DNA of 64,000 nt from Candidatus Nomurabacteria bacterium (GTDB lineage: Bacteria; Patescibacteriota; Dojkabacteria; SC72; JAHDCA01): contig JACKFQ010000002.1 of NCBI GenBank assembly GCA_020632395.1, positions 83,662-147,661 on the forward strand, written 5' to 3'. Each line of letters opens with the position of its first letter. The first letter of the stretch is position 1. A program made the translations under genes and the position numbers. This document shows positions 56,748 through 64,000 of this stretch, in pieces. The notes beneath the pieces are model-generated. The model was not told where the DNA came from. It saw only the letters and a list, made by a program, of their open reading frames with translations, and made no database searches.

Positions 56748-57990
56748 CGATCATTGATTCGATCTGACGTTTGATCTCAAGTACTGTACCAATAATGATC
56801 AGTAGACCAGTTCCTGACATTATCGTTGCAGATAATATACCTGTCTGAACAAGCACATTTGGGAGGATTGCAAGTGTAGCTAAAAATACTCCCCCTACTG
56901 CAGTTAATCGGAATGATGATTTCCTCAAGAAAGATGCAGTTTGTTTACCAGGCCTGATACCGGGGATGAAAGCTCCTTGTTTCTGCAAATTCTCAGCTAA
57001 CTCATCCGCGTTGAAAACAACTGTCACATAGAAGAATGAAAATGCTATTACCAGGAGGAATGTTGCTATATCTACCGTAAGTGGGTTAGAAAGATATCGT
57101 ATGATATCAGATGAGATCTCAGTCAATTTGGTATTGAAATCCCTACTCACTAGGAATTGTGCTATCAATTGTGGGAAACTTATCAATGAAACGGCAAAGA
57201 TCACTGGCATCACACCAAATTGTGTAAGCTTGATAGGGACATAATTATCTTGCACACCAGTAGCCCTAACTCTGCGTGAGTACATTACCTTTATTCGTCT
57301 CTCTCCTTGTGTGAGGAAAATAGTTATTGCAAAGATCGCCAAAAGGATAAACACAAACCATATCATCTGTAACGTATCAGCTGTTCTGATATTGTTAGAA
57401 ACAATGCTTGGTAGAGAAGCGAGAATTCCTATAGCTATGAGGTAGGATGATCCTTGCCCTATACCTTTATCTGTAACAAGTTCGCCCATCCACATCATCA
57501 GTAGTGCGCCTCCTGTGAGAGCACTAACCATGGTAATGAGTTCCAAAGTTTGTAGTTCTCCGACCAATCCGAAGCCTCTAAGAGTTGAGTATATAACGAA
57601 TGATTGAAGGATTGCGAAAGGAACTGTGAGATACCGTGTGTACATACTAATGATCCTTCGACCCTGTGAACCTTCCTTCCGAAGTTCTTCTAGTTTGGGG
57701 ATAACGGTTCCTAGAAGTTGGAGGATGATAGAAGCATTGATATATGGTCCTAATCCGATAGCTACAATTGATGCAGTCTCAAGCACTCCACCAGAGACCG
57801 TTGATATTGTATCTCCGATACCACCTAATTGACCAAATAACTGTGAAAGACTTTCACGATCTATACCAACAACAGGTACAGCAGCAAGCAATCTGAAAAT
57901 TACCAATATAATGACGATAAAGTAGACCCTCTGTCGGATCTCAGGTGTAGAGTAGGCTGCTTTGATTGATTGGATAGAGTCCTTTAACAT
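56719..57990 (-). CDS. secY: Preprotein translocase subunit SecY
   Basis: 423 aa with 10 TM helices and the operon context. Confidence 0.9.
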   Translation of the reverse strand: MLKDSIQSIKAAYSTPEIRQRVYFIVIILVIFRLLAAVPVVGIDRESLSQLFGQLGGIGDTISTVSGGVLETASIVAIGLGPYINASIILQLLGTVIPKLEELRKEGSQGRRIISMYTRYLTVPFAILQSFVIYSTLRGFGLVGELQTLELITMVSALTGGALLMMWMGELVTDKGIGQGSSYLIAIGILASLPSIVSNNIRTADTLQMIWFVFILLAIFAITIFLTQGERRIKVMYSRRVRATGVQDNYVPIKLTQFGVMPVIFAVSLISFPQLIAQFLVSRDFNTKLTEISSDIIRYLSNPLTVDIATFLLVIAFSFFYVTVVFNADELAENLQKQGAFIPGIRPGKQTASFLRKSSFRLTAVGGVFLATLAILPNVLVQTGILSATIMSGTGLLIIIGTVLEIKRQIESMIVVRSYDRYL

Positions 57991-58022
57991 TTACTTGATA
58001 ACAATTTGATAAAGATATGATA

Positions 58023-58466
58023 CTACTTGACCTGACCTTTGGCATCCAATATCTTCTTTTTTGCTGATTCAGATACCAGAAGTCCTTCTACAACAACTTT
58101 TTTCTTGATCGAACCTAATCCAAGAACTTTGACATTCTCTTTAGATTTTTTGATCAAACCCTTCTCCCGAAGTGTATCTAAACTGACGGTATCGCCATCA
58201 CTAAAATACTCTTCAATGGTATGAACATTTATCACCTGATTCTCGATCCTATACGGCTTATTAAATCCTCTGTATTTAGGCATTCTTCTAAAGAATGGTG
58301 TATTCCCTCCTTCAAACATTACCATTGATTTGTGTCCTGATCGCGACTTCTGTCCTTTAACACCACGACCAACTGTATGACCTCCTTTTGTAGAACCGTA
58401 TCCACGACCTACTCTTTTCTTAGGCATTACTCGATTTTTTCTTTTTGGTAGGTTCTGTAATTTCAT
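58023..58466 (-). CDS. rplO: 50S ribosomal protein L15
   Basis: GRGxGSGxGKT-like N-terminus (GRGYGSTKGGHTVGRG). Confidence 0.9.
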   Translation of the reverse strand: MKLQNLPKRKNRVMPKKRVGRGYGSTKGGHTVGRGVKGQKSRSGHKSMVMFEGGNTPFFRRMPKYRGFNKPYRIENQVINVHTIEEYFSDGDTVSLDTLREKGLIKKSKENVKVLGLGSIKKKVVVEGLLVSESAKKKILDAKGQVK

Positions 58467-58485
58467 AAGTATTGTTTAAGAAATA

Positions 58486-59289
58486 TTACTCACTTTTTGA
58501 TTCTGATGTAGATCCGGTATTCTTAACCTCTGAAGTTGGCTCGACTGGTTTTTCTGCTGTAGTGGGTTTCTCGACAGGTTTCTCAGCTGGTGCGGGCTTC
58601 TCTACTGGTTTCTCAACCTTAACTTCCTTAGTCTCAGCTCTTGGACCGGAGTTTCTTCTTGAGTTATCTCCTCGGCCTCTGTTGCCCCCACCTTTTCTAC
58701 CACCACCTCGTCGATTACCCTTTCCTTCTCCTTTATCCTGTTCTTTGTTCTTCTTTCTTAATAATTCTTCTCGAGCTTTTCTCTCTTTATCCAATTGCTC
58801 CTTGAGGTTCAACCTGTCTTTCATATTGTGCATTCTCTCAAGAACTCTTTTACTTCTCAGTTCTGTTAGTGCTTCAAATGTACAGTAAGCATTTGCTACT
58901 AGGTCACTAGATCCCATGATCTTGCCATATACATTGTCTACTCCACACATTTCGAGGACAGTCCTGACGGAGGATCCTGCGATCACCCCTGTACCTGGTC
59001 GTGCAGGTCTCAACATGACCTTAGCAGCACCCTTCTTTTGAACTATCTCATGAGGGATAGTGTCACCAACTACTTGTATTTTTCGTGCATTCTTTTCTGC
59101 TTTTTTGATAGCTTTCTCGACAGCGGATCTAGTATCGGTACCTCTACCTAGTGCTACTCCCACAGTTCCATTCCTATCACCAACAACAACCATCGCGCTG
59201 AAGCGAAGTCTTTTACCTCCAGCTGTGACCTTGGCCACTCTTCTGATAGATACTGTCTGTGATTCGTATTTGCTCTCTCTTCTTCTCAT
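58486..59289 (-). CDS. rpsE: 30S ribosomal protein S5 with a long K/E/P-rich C-terminal extension
   Basis: S5 core in the first 160 aa, followed by about 100 aa of KPVEKPA-type repeats. No L30 gene lies between rpsE and rplO; the gap is 19 nt. Confidence 0.85.
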   Translation of the reverse strand: MRRRESKYESQTVSIRRVAKVTAGGKRLRFSAMVVVGDRNGTVGVALGRGTDTRSAVEKAIKKAEKNARKIQVVGDTIPHEIVQKKGAAKVMLRPARPGTGVIAGSSVRTVLEMCGVDNVYGKIMGSSDLVANAYCTFEALTELRSKRVLERMHNMKDRLNLKEQLDKERKAREELLRKKNKEQDKGEGKGNRRGGGRKGGGNRGRGDNSRRNSGPRAETKEVKVEKPVEKPAPAEKPVEKPTTAEKPVEPTSEVKNTGSTSESKSE

Positions 59290-59309
59290 TAGTTACTTTT
59301 ATTAGATAA

Positions 59310-59639
59310 TTACATTTGTATCCCAGATTCTCTCACTCCATCGGCAACAGCCTGTACTCTTCCGTGATAAACATATCCACTTCGATCAAATACAGCTGTT
59401 GTAACCTTCTTCTTTTTTAACTCTTTTCCGATCTCGATACCGATCTCCTTAGCTCTCTTAAGATCCTTAGAGGTTCGCTTTGACATCAACACCTTACCGG
59501 TTACATCATCAGCTACTCCAACCAGAAGATATTTGTTGCTTTTATAAACAAAGATCCTTGGTCTCTCTGAAGTTCCCGAAAGCTTCTTCCTGATATATTT
59601 TTTTCTTCTTATTCTTCTGACTTCTTTCTTATGTGCCAT
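59310..59639 (-). CDS. rplR: 50S ribosomal protein L18
   Basis: Conserved core and operon position. Confidence 0.9.
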   Translation of the reverse strand: MAHKKEVRRIRRKKYIRKKLSGTSERPRIFVYKSNKYLLVGVADDVTGKVLMSKRTSKDLKRAKEIGIEIGKELKKKKVTTAVFDRSGYVYHGRVQAVADGVRESGIQM

Positions 59640-59660
59640 AACGGTTACGTATTGATATTA

Positions 59661-60209
59661 CTACTTCACAACTGCCTTCGCACTCTTCTGTCTAACATAT
59701 TCTCCCTCATATCTGATACCCTTTCCTTTATAGGGTTCCGGTTTTCTATATTCTCTTATTCGTGCTGCGACCTCTCCTACCTTCTGTTTATTATGACCTT
59801 TGACTACGATTGTTGTTTCATCAGGCACCTCAAAGGTAATGTTTTCTGGTGCAGGAAAAATAATCGGGTGATTCCATCCTAAGGACATTGATAATCCAGT
59901 ACCCTCTGTTTTTACCCTGTATCCTACTCCATGTATCTTTAATGTCTTTTGGAAACCGTCCTTTGCGCCAATAATTGCACTATCTATAAGGCTTCTGACT
60001 GTTCCATGTAGTGATCTTGTTAACTTTGTTTCATCGGTTCTATCTACTGTAATAGTATCACCATCGATATGAATATTGATACCTTGAGGAATGTAAACGA
60101 TATTCTCCCCTAAAGGACCTTTAACGATAAGTTCATCAGCAGAAACTTCTACTGATACACCTTCTATAATTTTTATTGGTTGTATTCCGATCCTAGACAT
60201 CTTTACCAA
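59661..60209 (-). CDS. rplF: 50S ribosomal protein L6
   Basis: Two-domain L6 fold. Confidence 0.9.
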   Translation of the reverse strand: MVKMSRIGIQPIKIIEGVSVEVSADELIVKGPLGENIVYIPQGINIHIDGDTITVDRTDETKLTRSLHGTVRSLIDSAIIGAKDGFQKTLKIHGVGYRVKTEGTGLSMSLGWNHPIIFPAPENITFEVPDETTIVVKGHNKQKVGEVAARIREYRKPEPYKGKGIRYEGEYVRQKSAKAVVK

Positions 60210-60586
60210 ATATTACAAATATATTCTCCACCGACACCTTTTGACTTTGCCATTGCTCCTGTCATCAAACCATCAGAGGTACTGATGATCGATATCCCTC
60301 TACCATTCATGATGGGTATGATCTGCTTTGAACTGACATACATTCTCTGACCTGGTGTACTGACCTTAATAAAGTGCCTTACAACAGGATCTCCCGCTTC
60401 ATTATATGTAGGATTAACGATGATCGTATCTCCCTCCACTTTAAAATCATCAATAAAACCTTCGTGTTTCAAGATCTCAACGATCGATAGAACCATCTTA
60501 CTATTTAGTAATTCTATCTCATCAGCTCCACGCTGAATCCCATTGTTCATTCTTGCTAAACTGTCCGCGACTATGTCATTTACCAT
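60203..60586 (-). CDS. rpsH: 30S ribosomal protein S8
   Basis: Conserved core and operon position. Confidence 0.9.
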   Translation of the reverse strand: MVNDIVADSLARMNNGIQRGADEIELLNSKMVLSIVEILKHEGFIDDFKVEGDTIIVNPTYNEAGDPVVRHFIKVSTPGQRMYVSSKQIIPIMNGRGISIISTSDGLMTGAMAKSKGVGGEYICNIW

Positions 60587-60602
60587 AATAGTTTCAATAA
60601 TA

Positions 60603-60797
60603 TTACCAAATAGCTTTCTTTACACCTGGGATCTGCCCTTCATGTGCCATCTGTCTGAAGCATATCCTGCATAAACCGAATTCTCTGATATAACCCCTAG
60701 ATCTACCGCAAACCATGCATCTATTGTAAGCTTTTGTCGAGTGCTTCTGTTTTAACTGATATCTTCTCTGTTGTACGACCTTAGACTTTTTTGCCAT
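60603..60797 (-). CDS. rpsZ: 30S ribosomal protein S14, Zn-ribbon type Z
   Basis: 64 aa, MAKKSKV ..., with C-x2-C ... C-x2-C. The longer ORF running to 60851 is an N-terminal artefact that overlaps rplE. Confidence 0.85.
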   Translation of the reverse strand: MAKKSKVVQQRRYQLKQKHSTKAYNRCMVCGRSRGYIREFGLCRICFRQMAHEGQIPGVKKAIW

Positions 60798-61335
60798 CTT
60801 TCTTAAAAGGGAATCCGAATTTATCCAATAACAGCTTTGCATCCTTATCATCCTGAGCTGACGTAACTATAGTAACCTGCAAACTCCTTAATTTCTGTAC
60901 TTTATTTGGGTCGATCTCTGGGAATACTGTATGCTCTTCGATACCTAATGAGTAATTTCCAGACCCATCAAAAGCTTTATATGATACACCTCTAAAGTCT
61001 TTTGTTCTAGGGAAAACAACATTTACTAGTTTATCAAAGAATTCCCACATCTTTTCCCCTCTAAGTGTTGTATATACTCCAATATCCATTCCCTCTCGCA
61101 ATTTGAATGTTGATACTGCTTTCTTTGACTTTGAAACAACAGCTTTCTGACCAGTTATCAACTCTATGATCTCAACAACCTCTTCAATAGCAGAACTGTT
61201 CGTAGTTGCTTCACCAACACCCGAATTAACAACTATCTTTCGTAGGGTAGGGACTTCCATAACATTCCTATATCCACCCTCTTTGAGTAGTTCTACCTTT
61301 ATTTCTTTTTCATAGATTTCTTTTAATCTTGCCAT
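60781..61335 (-). CDS. rplE: 50S ribosomal protein L5
   Basis: [13 protein letters not shown] start. Confidence 0.9.
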   Translation of the reverse strand: MARLKEIYEKEIKVELLKEGGYRNVMEVPTLRKIVVNSGVGEATTNSSAIEEVVEIIELITGQKAVVSKSKKAVSTFKLREGMDIGVYTTLRGEKMWEFFDKLVNVVFPRTKDFRGVSYKAFDGSGNYSLGIEEHTVFPEIDPNKVQKLRSLQVTIVTSAQDDKDAKLLLDKFGFPFKKDGKKV

Positions 61336-61343
61336 ACTACTTT

Positions 61344-61793
61344 TTATTTATCTTTTGTTTCTGACTTTTCTTTTTTGACCTCTACTTTTTTAGTATCTTT
61401 TGCTACCTCTTTCACATCTTCTTTTTTAGTATTCTGTGTTGATTTGGGTTTAACTGCTTTTTCGTTTCCTTTACTGACTGGCTTTGTATCAACAGGCTTA
61501 CCAGTTCGTACAGAGATCCTTTCCTTCCCTCTACCATTTGTTGACATCTTGACCCTTGTTGCCTTACCACTCTCAGGATCAACCAACATAACCTTTGATA
61601 CAGGAAGAGGCTTAAGAACAGTTGCAATCTCTGCTACTCTACCCCGTCCATCTCCCTTTACACTTTTCTTGAACTCATTGATCCCTTCCACTACAACCTT
61701 CATATCCTTTCTAAAAACACGAACCACTTTTCCGGTCCTCCCAGAATCTTTCCCGTAAAGTATTTTTACTGTATCACCTTTCCTTATTTTCAT
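61344..61793 (-). CDS. rplX: 50S ribosomal protein L24 with a C-terminal K/E-rich extension
   Basis: KOW motif MKIRKGDTVKILYGKDSGRTGKV. Confidence 0.85.
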   Translation of the reverse strand: MKIRKGDTVKILYGKDSGRTGKVVRVFRKDMKVVVEGINEFKKSVKGDGRGRVAEIATVLKPLPVSKVMLVDPESGKATRVKMSTNGRGKERISVRTGKPVDTKPVSKGNEKAVKPKSTQNTKKEDVKEVAKDTKKVEVKKEKSETKDK

Positions 61794-62158
61794 AATACTT
61801 CTGGCGCTCTAGATAATATCTTGTCAAATTTCTTTTCTTTTAATTCTCTTGCTACAGGTCCAAATACTCTAGTTCCCAAAGGTGCTTTCTTAGCATCAAT
61901 TAGGACACATGCATTATCATCAAACCTAATATACGAACCATCAGATCTCTTTGTTTCTTTAGCAGTCCTGATCACTACAGCTTTAAATACCTGGTGAGCC
62001 TTGATATTACCATTTGGTAATACATCTTGGATAGCTACAGTTATGACATCTCCAACTCGTGCCCACCTTCTTCTTGAAGCACCTGGGATGCCGATAACCT
62101 TAGCCTTTTTGGCTCCGCTATTATCTGCAACAATTAATACGCTTTCTGTCTGTACCAT
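61790..62158 (-). CDS. rplN: 50S ribosomal protein L14
   Basis: MVQTESVLIVADNSGAKK start. Confidence 0.9.
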   Translation of the reverse strand: MVQTESVLIVADNSGAKKAKVIGIPGASRRRWARVGDVITVAIQDVLPNGNIKAHQVFKAVVIRTAKETKRSDGSYIRFDDNACVLIDAKKAPLGTRVFGPVARELKEKKFDKILSRAPEVL

Positions 62159-62169
62159 AATTACTACCT

Positions 62170-62427
62170 TTATTTATCAAGTACTTTCACAACTACCCAT
62201 CTTACGGTCTTTGAGTATGGTCTGGATTCTCTTATTACAACAGTATCACCTTCTACAACATTCATCTCATTATGTGCCATGAACGAATTTCTGCTCGATA
62301 CGATCTTGTGATATACAGGATGTCTCACAGGTGCTTCTACAACTACCTTAACAGTATTTTGCATCTTAGTGCTGACAACTGTTCCTTGTAATTCTCTACC
62401 CTTATTTTTTCGTTGTTCCAAAGCCAT
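62170..62427 (-). CDS. rpsQ: 30S ribosomal protein S17
   Basis: Start placed at MALEQRKNKGRELQGTVVS (85 aa). The ORF track extends to 62586 through a non-homologous N-terminal stretch that overlaps rplP. Confidence 0.8.
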   Translation of the reverse strand: MALEQRKNKGRELQGTVVSTKMQNTVKVVVEAPVRHPVYHKIVSSRNSFMAHNEMNVVEGDTVVIRESRPYSKTVRWVVVKVLDK

Positions 62428-62491
62428 GCTTAAAACCATAAAATTACGCTGAAGGATTCTATCAGTAATCCCTTTACTAATCAATAAAAAA

Positions 62492-62905
62492 CTACAGTTC
62501 TGTTCTCGTGACCATCTTAGTCTTGATCGATAATTTGTGTGACGCCAATCTGAACGCCTCTTTTGCGATCGTTTCTGTGACCCCACCGATCTCGAACATA
62601 ACCGTACCAGGCCTCACTACTGCAACATATCCCTGTACATCTCCTTTTCCGGCTTCCATTTTTGCATTAGTAGGCTTCGCAGTATATGATTTTTGAGGGA
62701 ATATCTTGATCCATACCTTTCCTTTTCTCTTGATGTAACCTACGATAGCTCGCCTTGCAGATTCTATCTCTCTAGAGTTTATCCAACCTCTACCTGTTGC
62801 TTTAAGACCATAATCACCAAAGTCGACATTGTTGTTGGCCATTGCGACACCACCCATCTTGCCTCTAAACTCTTTTCTAAATTTTGTTTTCTTTGGTTGT
62901 AACAT
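62492..62905 (-). CDS. rplP: 50S ribosomal protein L16
   Basis: MLQPKKTKFRKEFRG start. Confidence 0.9.
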   Translation of the reverse strand: MLQPKKTKFRKEFRGKMGGVAMANNNVDFGDYGLKATGRGWINSREIESARRAIVGYIKRKGKVWIKIFPQKSYTAKPTNAKMEAGKGDVQGYVAVVRPGTVMFEIGGVTETIAKEAFRLASHKLSIKTKMVTRTEL

Positions 62906-62935
62906 TTTTATTGTATCTTATTCATTTATTCGTAA

Positions 62936-63580
62936 TTATCTGCTCTCAGTTTCTGCAGATTCTGGTCGGTATACCCATACTTTAATTCCAAACTTACCTA
63001 AATCGTGTGTTTCAGCAACATCTTTTGCAAAATCAATATTCGCTTTTAAAGTATGTAGAGGTACCGGACCATCATGATGTTTGATGGTTCTTGCTTGAGA
63101 AGCACCGTTGATCCTACCAGAAACCCAGATCCTGATACCCTTTGCTCCTGATGCCTTTGCTTTTTCGATCGCATTCATTGCTAATAATTTTGGAGGCATC
63201 CTCCTCAATAGACCACTTGCTATCTCAGCAGCGATAATACTTGCAGACATATCAGGTTTTTTAACTTCACTAACCTTTAATTCAATATTTGTATCAACTA
63301 CTTTTTTCAATTTTTTAGTTATTGTTTCGATACCAGCGCCTCCACGCCCAATCGCTACACCAGGTCTTGCTACATATACATTTACTTCACAAGCTCCGAC
63401 TGTCCTAGAGATCTCAACTCTGTCGATACCGGCAGCAGAGAGTTCTTTTCGAACAAGATCTCTGAGCTTCTTATCTTCATGTAGGAACTTAATATATTCG
63501 GGGCCCTGCTTATACCACCTAGATTTCCAGGTTTTACTGATCCCCATCCTCATTGCATTTGAATTGATCTTGTGTCCCAT
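62936..63580 (-). CDS. rpsC: 30S ribosomal protein S3
   Basis: MGHKINSNAMRMGI ... KH domain. Confidence 0.9.
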   Translation of the reverse strand: MGHKINSNAMRMGISKTWKSRWYKQGPEYIKFLHEDKKLRDLVRKELSAAGIDRVEISRTVGACEVNVYVARPGVAIGRGGAGIETITKKLKKVVDTNIELKVSEVKKPDMSASIIAAEIASGLLRRMPPKLLAMNAIEKAKASGAKGIRIWVSGRINGASQARTIKHHDGPVPLHTLKANIDFAKDVAETHDLGKFGIKVWVYRPESAETESR

Positions 63581-63583
63581 ATC

Positions 63584-63931
63584 TTACTTCGACATCGAAA
63601 CCTCTAAATTTAGGTTGGATCTTCTTTTGTTGATCTTATTAACTCTTGCTCTTGATGCGAACCTATATCTCTTGAGAGTAGGTGCTTCATCAACCGAGAT
63701 ATGAGTGATAATAAGTTTCTCCGGACTCCCCTCAAACTTCTCCTCTGCACTGCTCACAGCTGATTTTAGTGCTTTTGTAACAAATATTGCACCCTTCTTG
63801 TTAGTAAATCTCAATAGATCGAGAGCTTTTTGTACATTCATGCCACGAACCATATCAGCTACCAATCTCAATTTCAACGGAGATTGGGCTAAGTTCTTTG
63901 CTTTAATTTTTGTCTTTTTTATCTCGACCAT
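63584..63931 (-). CDS. rplV: 50S ribosomal protein L22
   Basis: Conserved core and operon position. Confidence 0.9.
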   Translation of the reverse strand: MVEIKKTKIKAKNLAQSPLKLRLVADMVRGMNVQKALDLLRFTNKKGAIFVTKALKSAVSSAEEKFEGSPEKLIITHISVDEAPTLKRYRFASRARVNKINKRRSNLNLEVSMSK

Positions 63932-63949
63932 GTTTATCTATCTATAAAT

Positions 63950-64000
63950 CTATTCAAATCTACCAGAACTTCCATATACTTTCGCTAGTTTACCCTTCTT
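63950..64000 (-). CDS. rpsS: 3' end of a gene running off the right edge, probably ribosomal protein S19
   Basis: Minus-strand frame ... KKGKLAKVYGSSGRFE ends at TAG 63950-63952, which is 18 nt upstream of rplV. Identity is inferred from operon order only. Confidence 0.35.
   Translation of the reverse strand, partial: KKGKLAKVYGSSGRFE

Noticed and set aside
62428-62586. N-terminal 53-aa extension of the rpsQ ORF as a fused or overlapping L29
   Set aside because: The sequence MGSQKRSQKRRSDWRHTNYRSRLRW ... has no resemblance to helical K/E-rich L29, and it overlaps the rplP coding region. S17 is called from the internal Met.

Overview
This 64 kb window looks like a bacterial chromosomal segment of about 40% GC, compact and mostly on the minus strand. 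Several features resemble Patescibacteria/CPR genomes: a ribosomal operon with no L30 gene, a Zn-type S14, C-terminal extensions on S5, L17 and L24, a giant pilin and large Cys-rich surface proteins. The lineage assignment is inference only.

The right third (51.0-64.0 kb) is the conserved ribosomal-protein/SecY/RpoA operon, running from a partial rpsS to rplQ-rpsI. The middle holds housekeeping genes (miaA, serS, two greA paralogs, trmD, pyrH, hup, rny-ymdB, tgt-queA, fmt, rnpB, tRNA-Glu) mixed with membrane and secreted proteins.

The left end (about 0.2-6.8 kb) is very AT-rich, roughly 25-30% GC judged by eye. It is the most unusual part and has three components:
- seven small, functionally unrelated genes, all on the minus strand: NUDIX hydrolase, two nucleoside-2-deoxyribosyltransferase-like proteins, a membrane protein, peptidase E, a CMP/dCMP-type deaminase and a SAM methyltransferase;
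- a conserved, partly palindromic junction repeat separating each gene, with two junctions carrying attC-like long imperfect inverted repeats with bulges;
- a divergently transcribed small tyrosine recombinase sitting next to the 3' end of a tRNA-Pro gene.

Together this reads as an integron-like or cassette-array integrative element. The recombinase is XerC/D-sized and seems to lack the IntI-specific insertion, so it would be non-canonical.

The tRNA-Pro(CGG) gene plus about 150 bp of 3' flank is duplicated almost exactly 16.3 kb away as tRNA-Pro(GGG), differing only in the anticodon arm. The pair brackets an accessory-looking block: ABC exporter, giant Cys-rich surface protein, giant type IV pilin-like protein, BNR-repeat secreted protein, GNAT, and an atypical adenylate-kinase paralog.

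Other notable items are a ComM/YifB-like protein with a destroyed Walker A motif, a type-A RNase P RNA, and no L29 gene between rplP and rpsQ.

No CRISPR array and no rRNA gene were seen.
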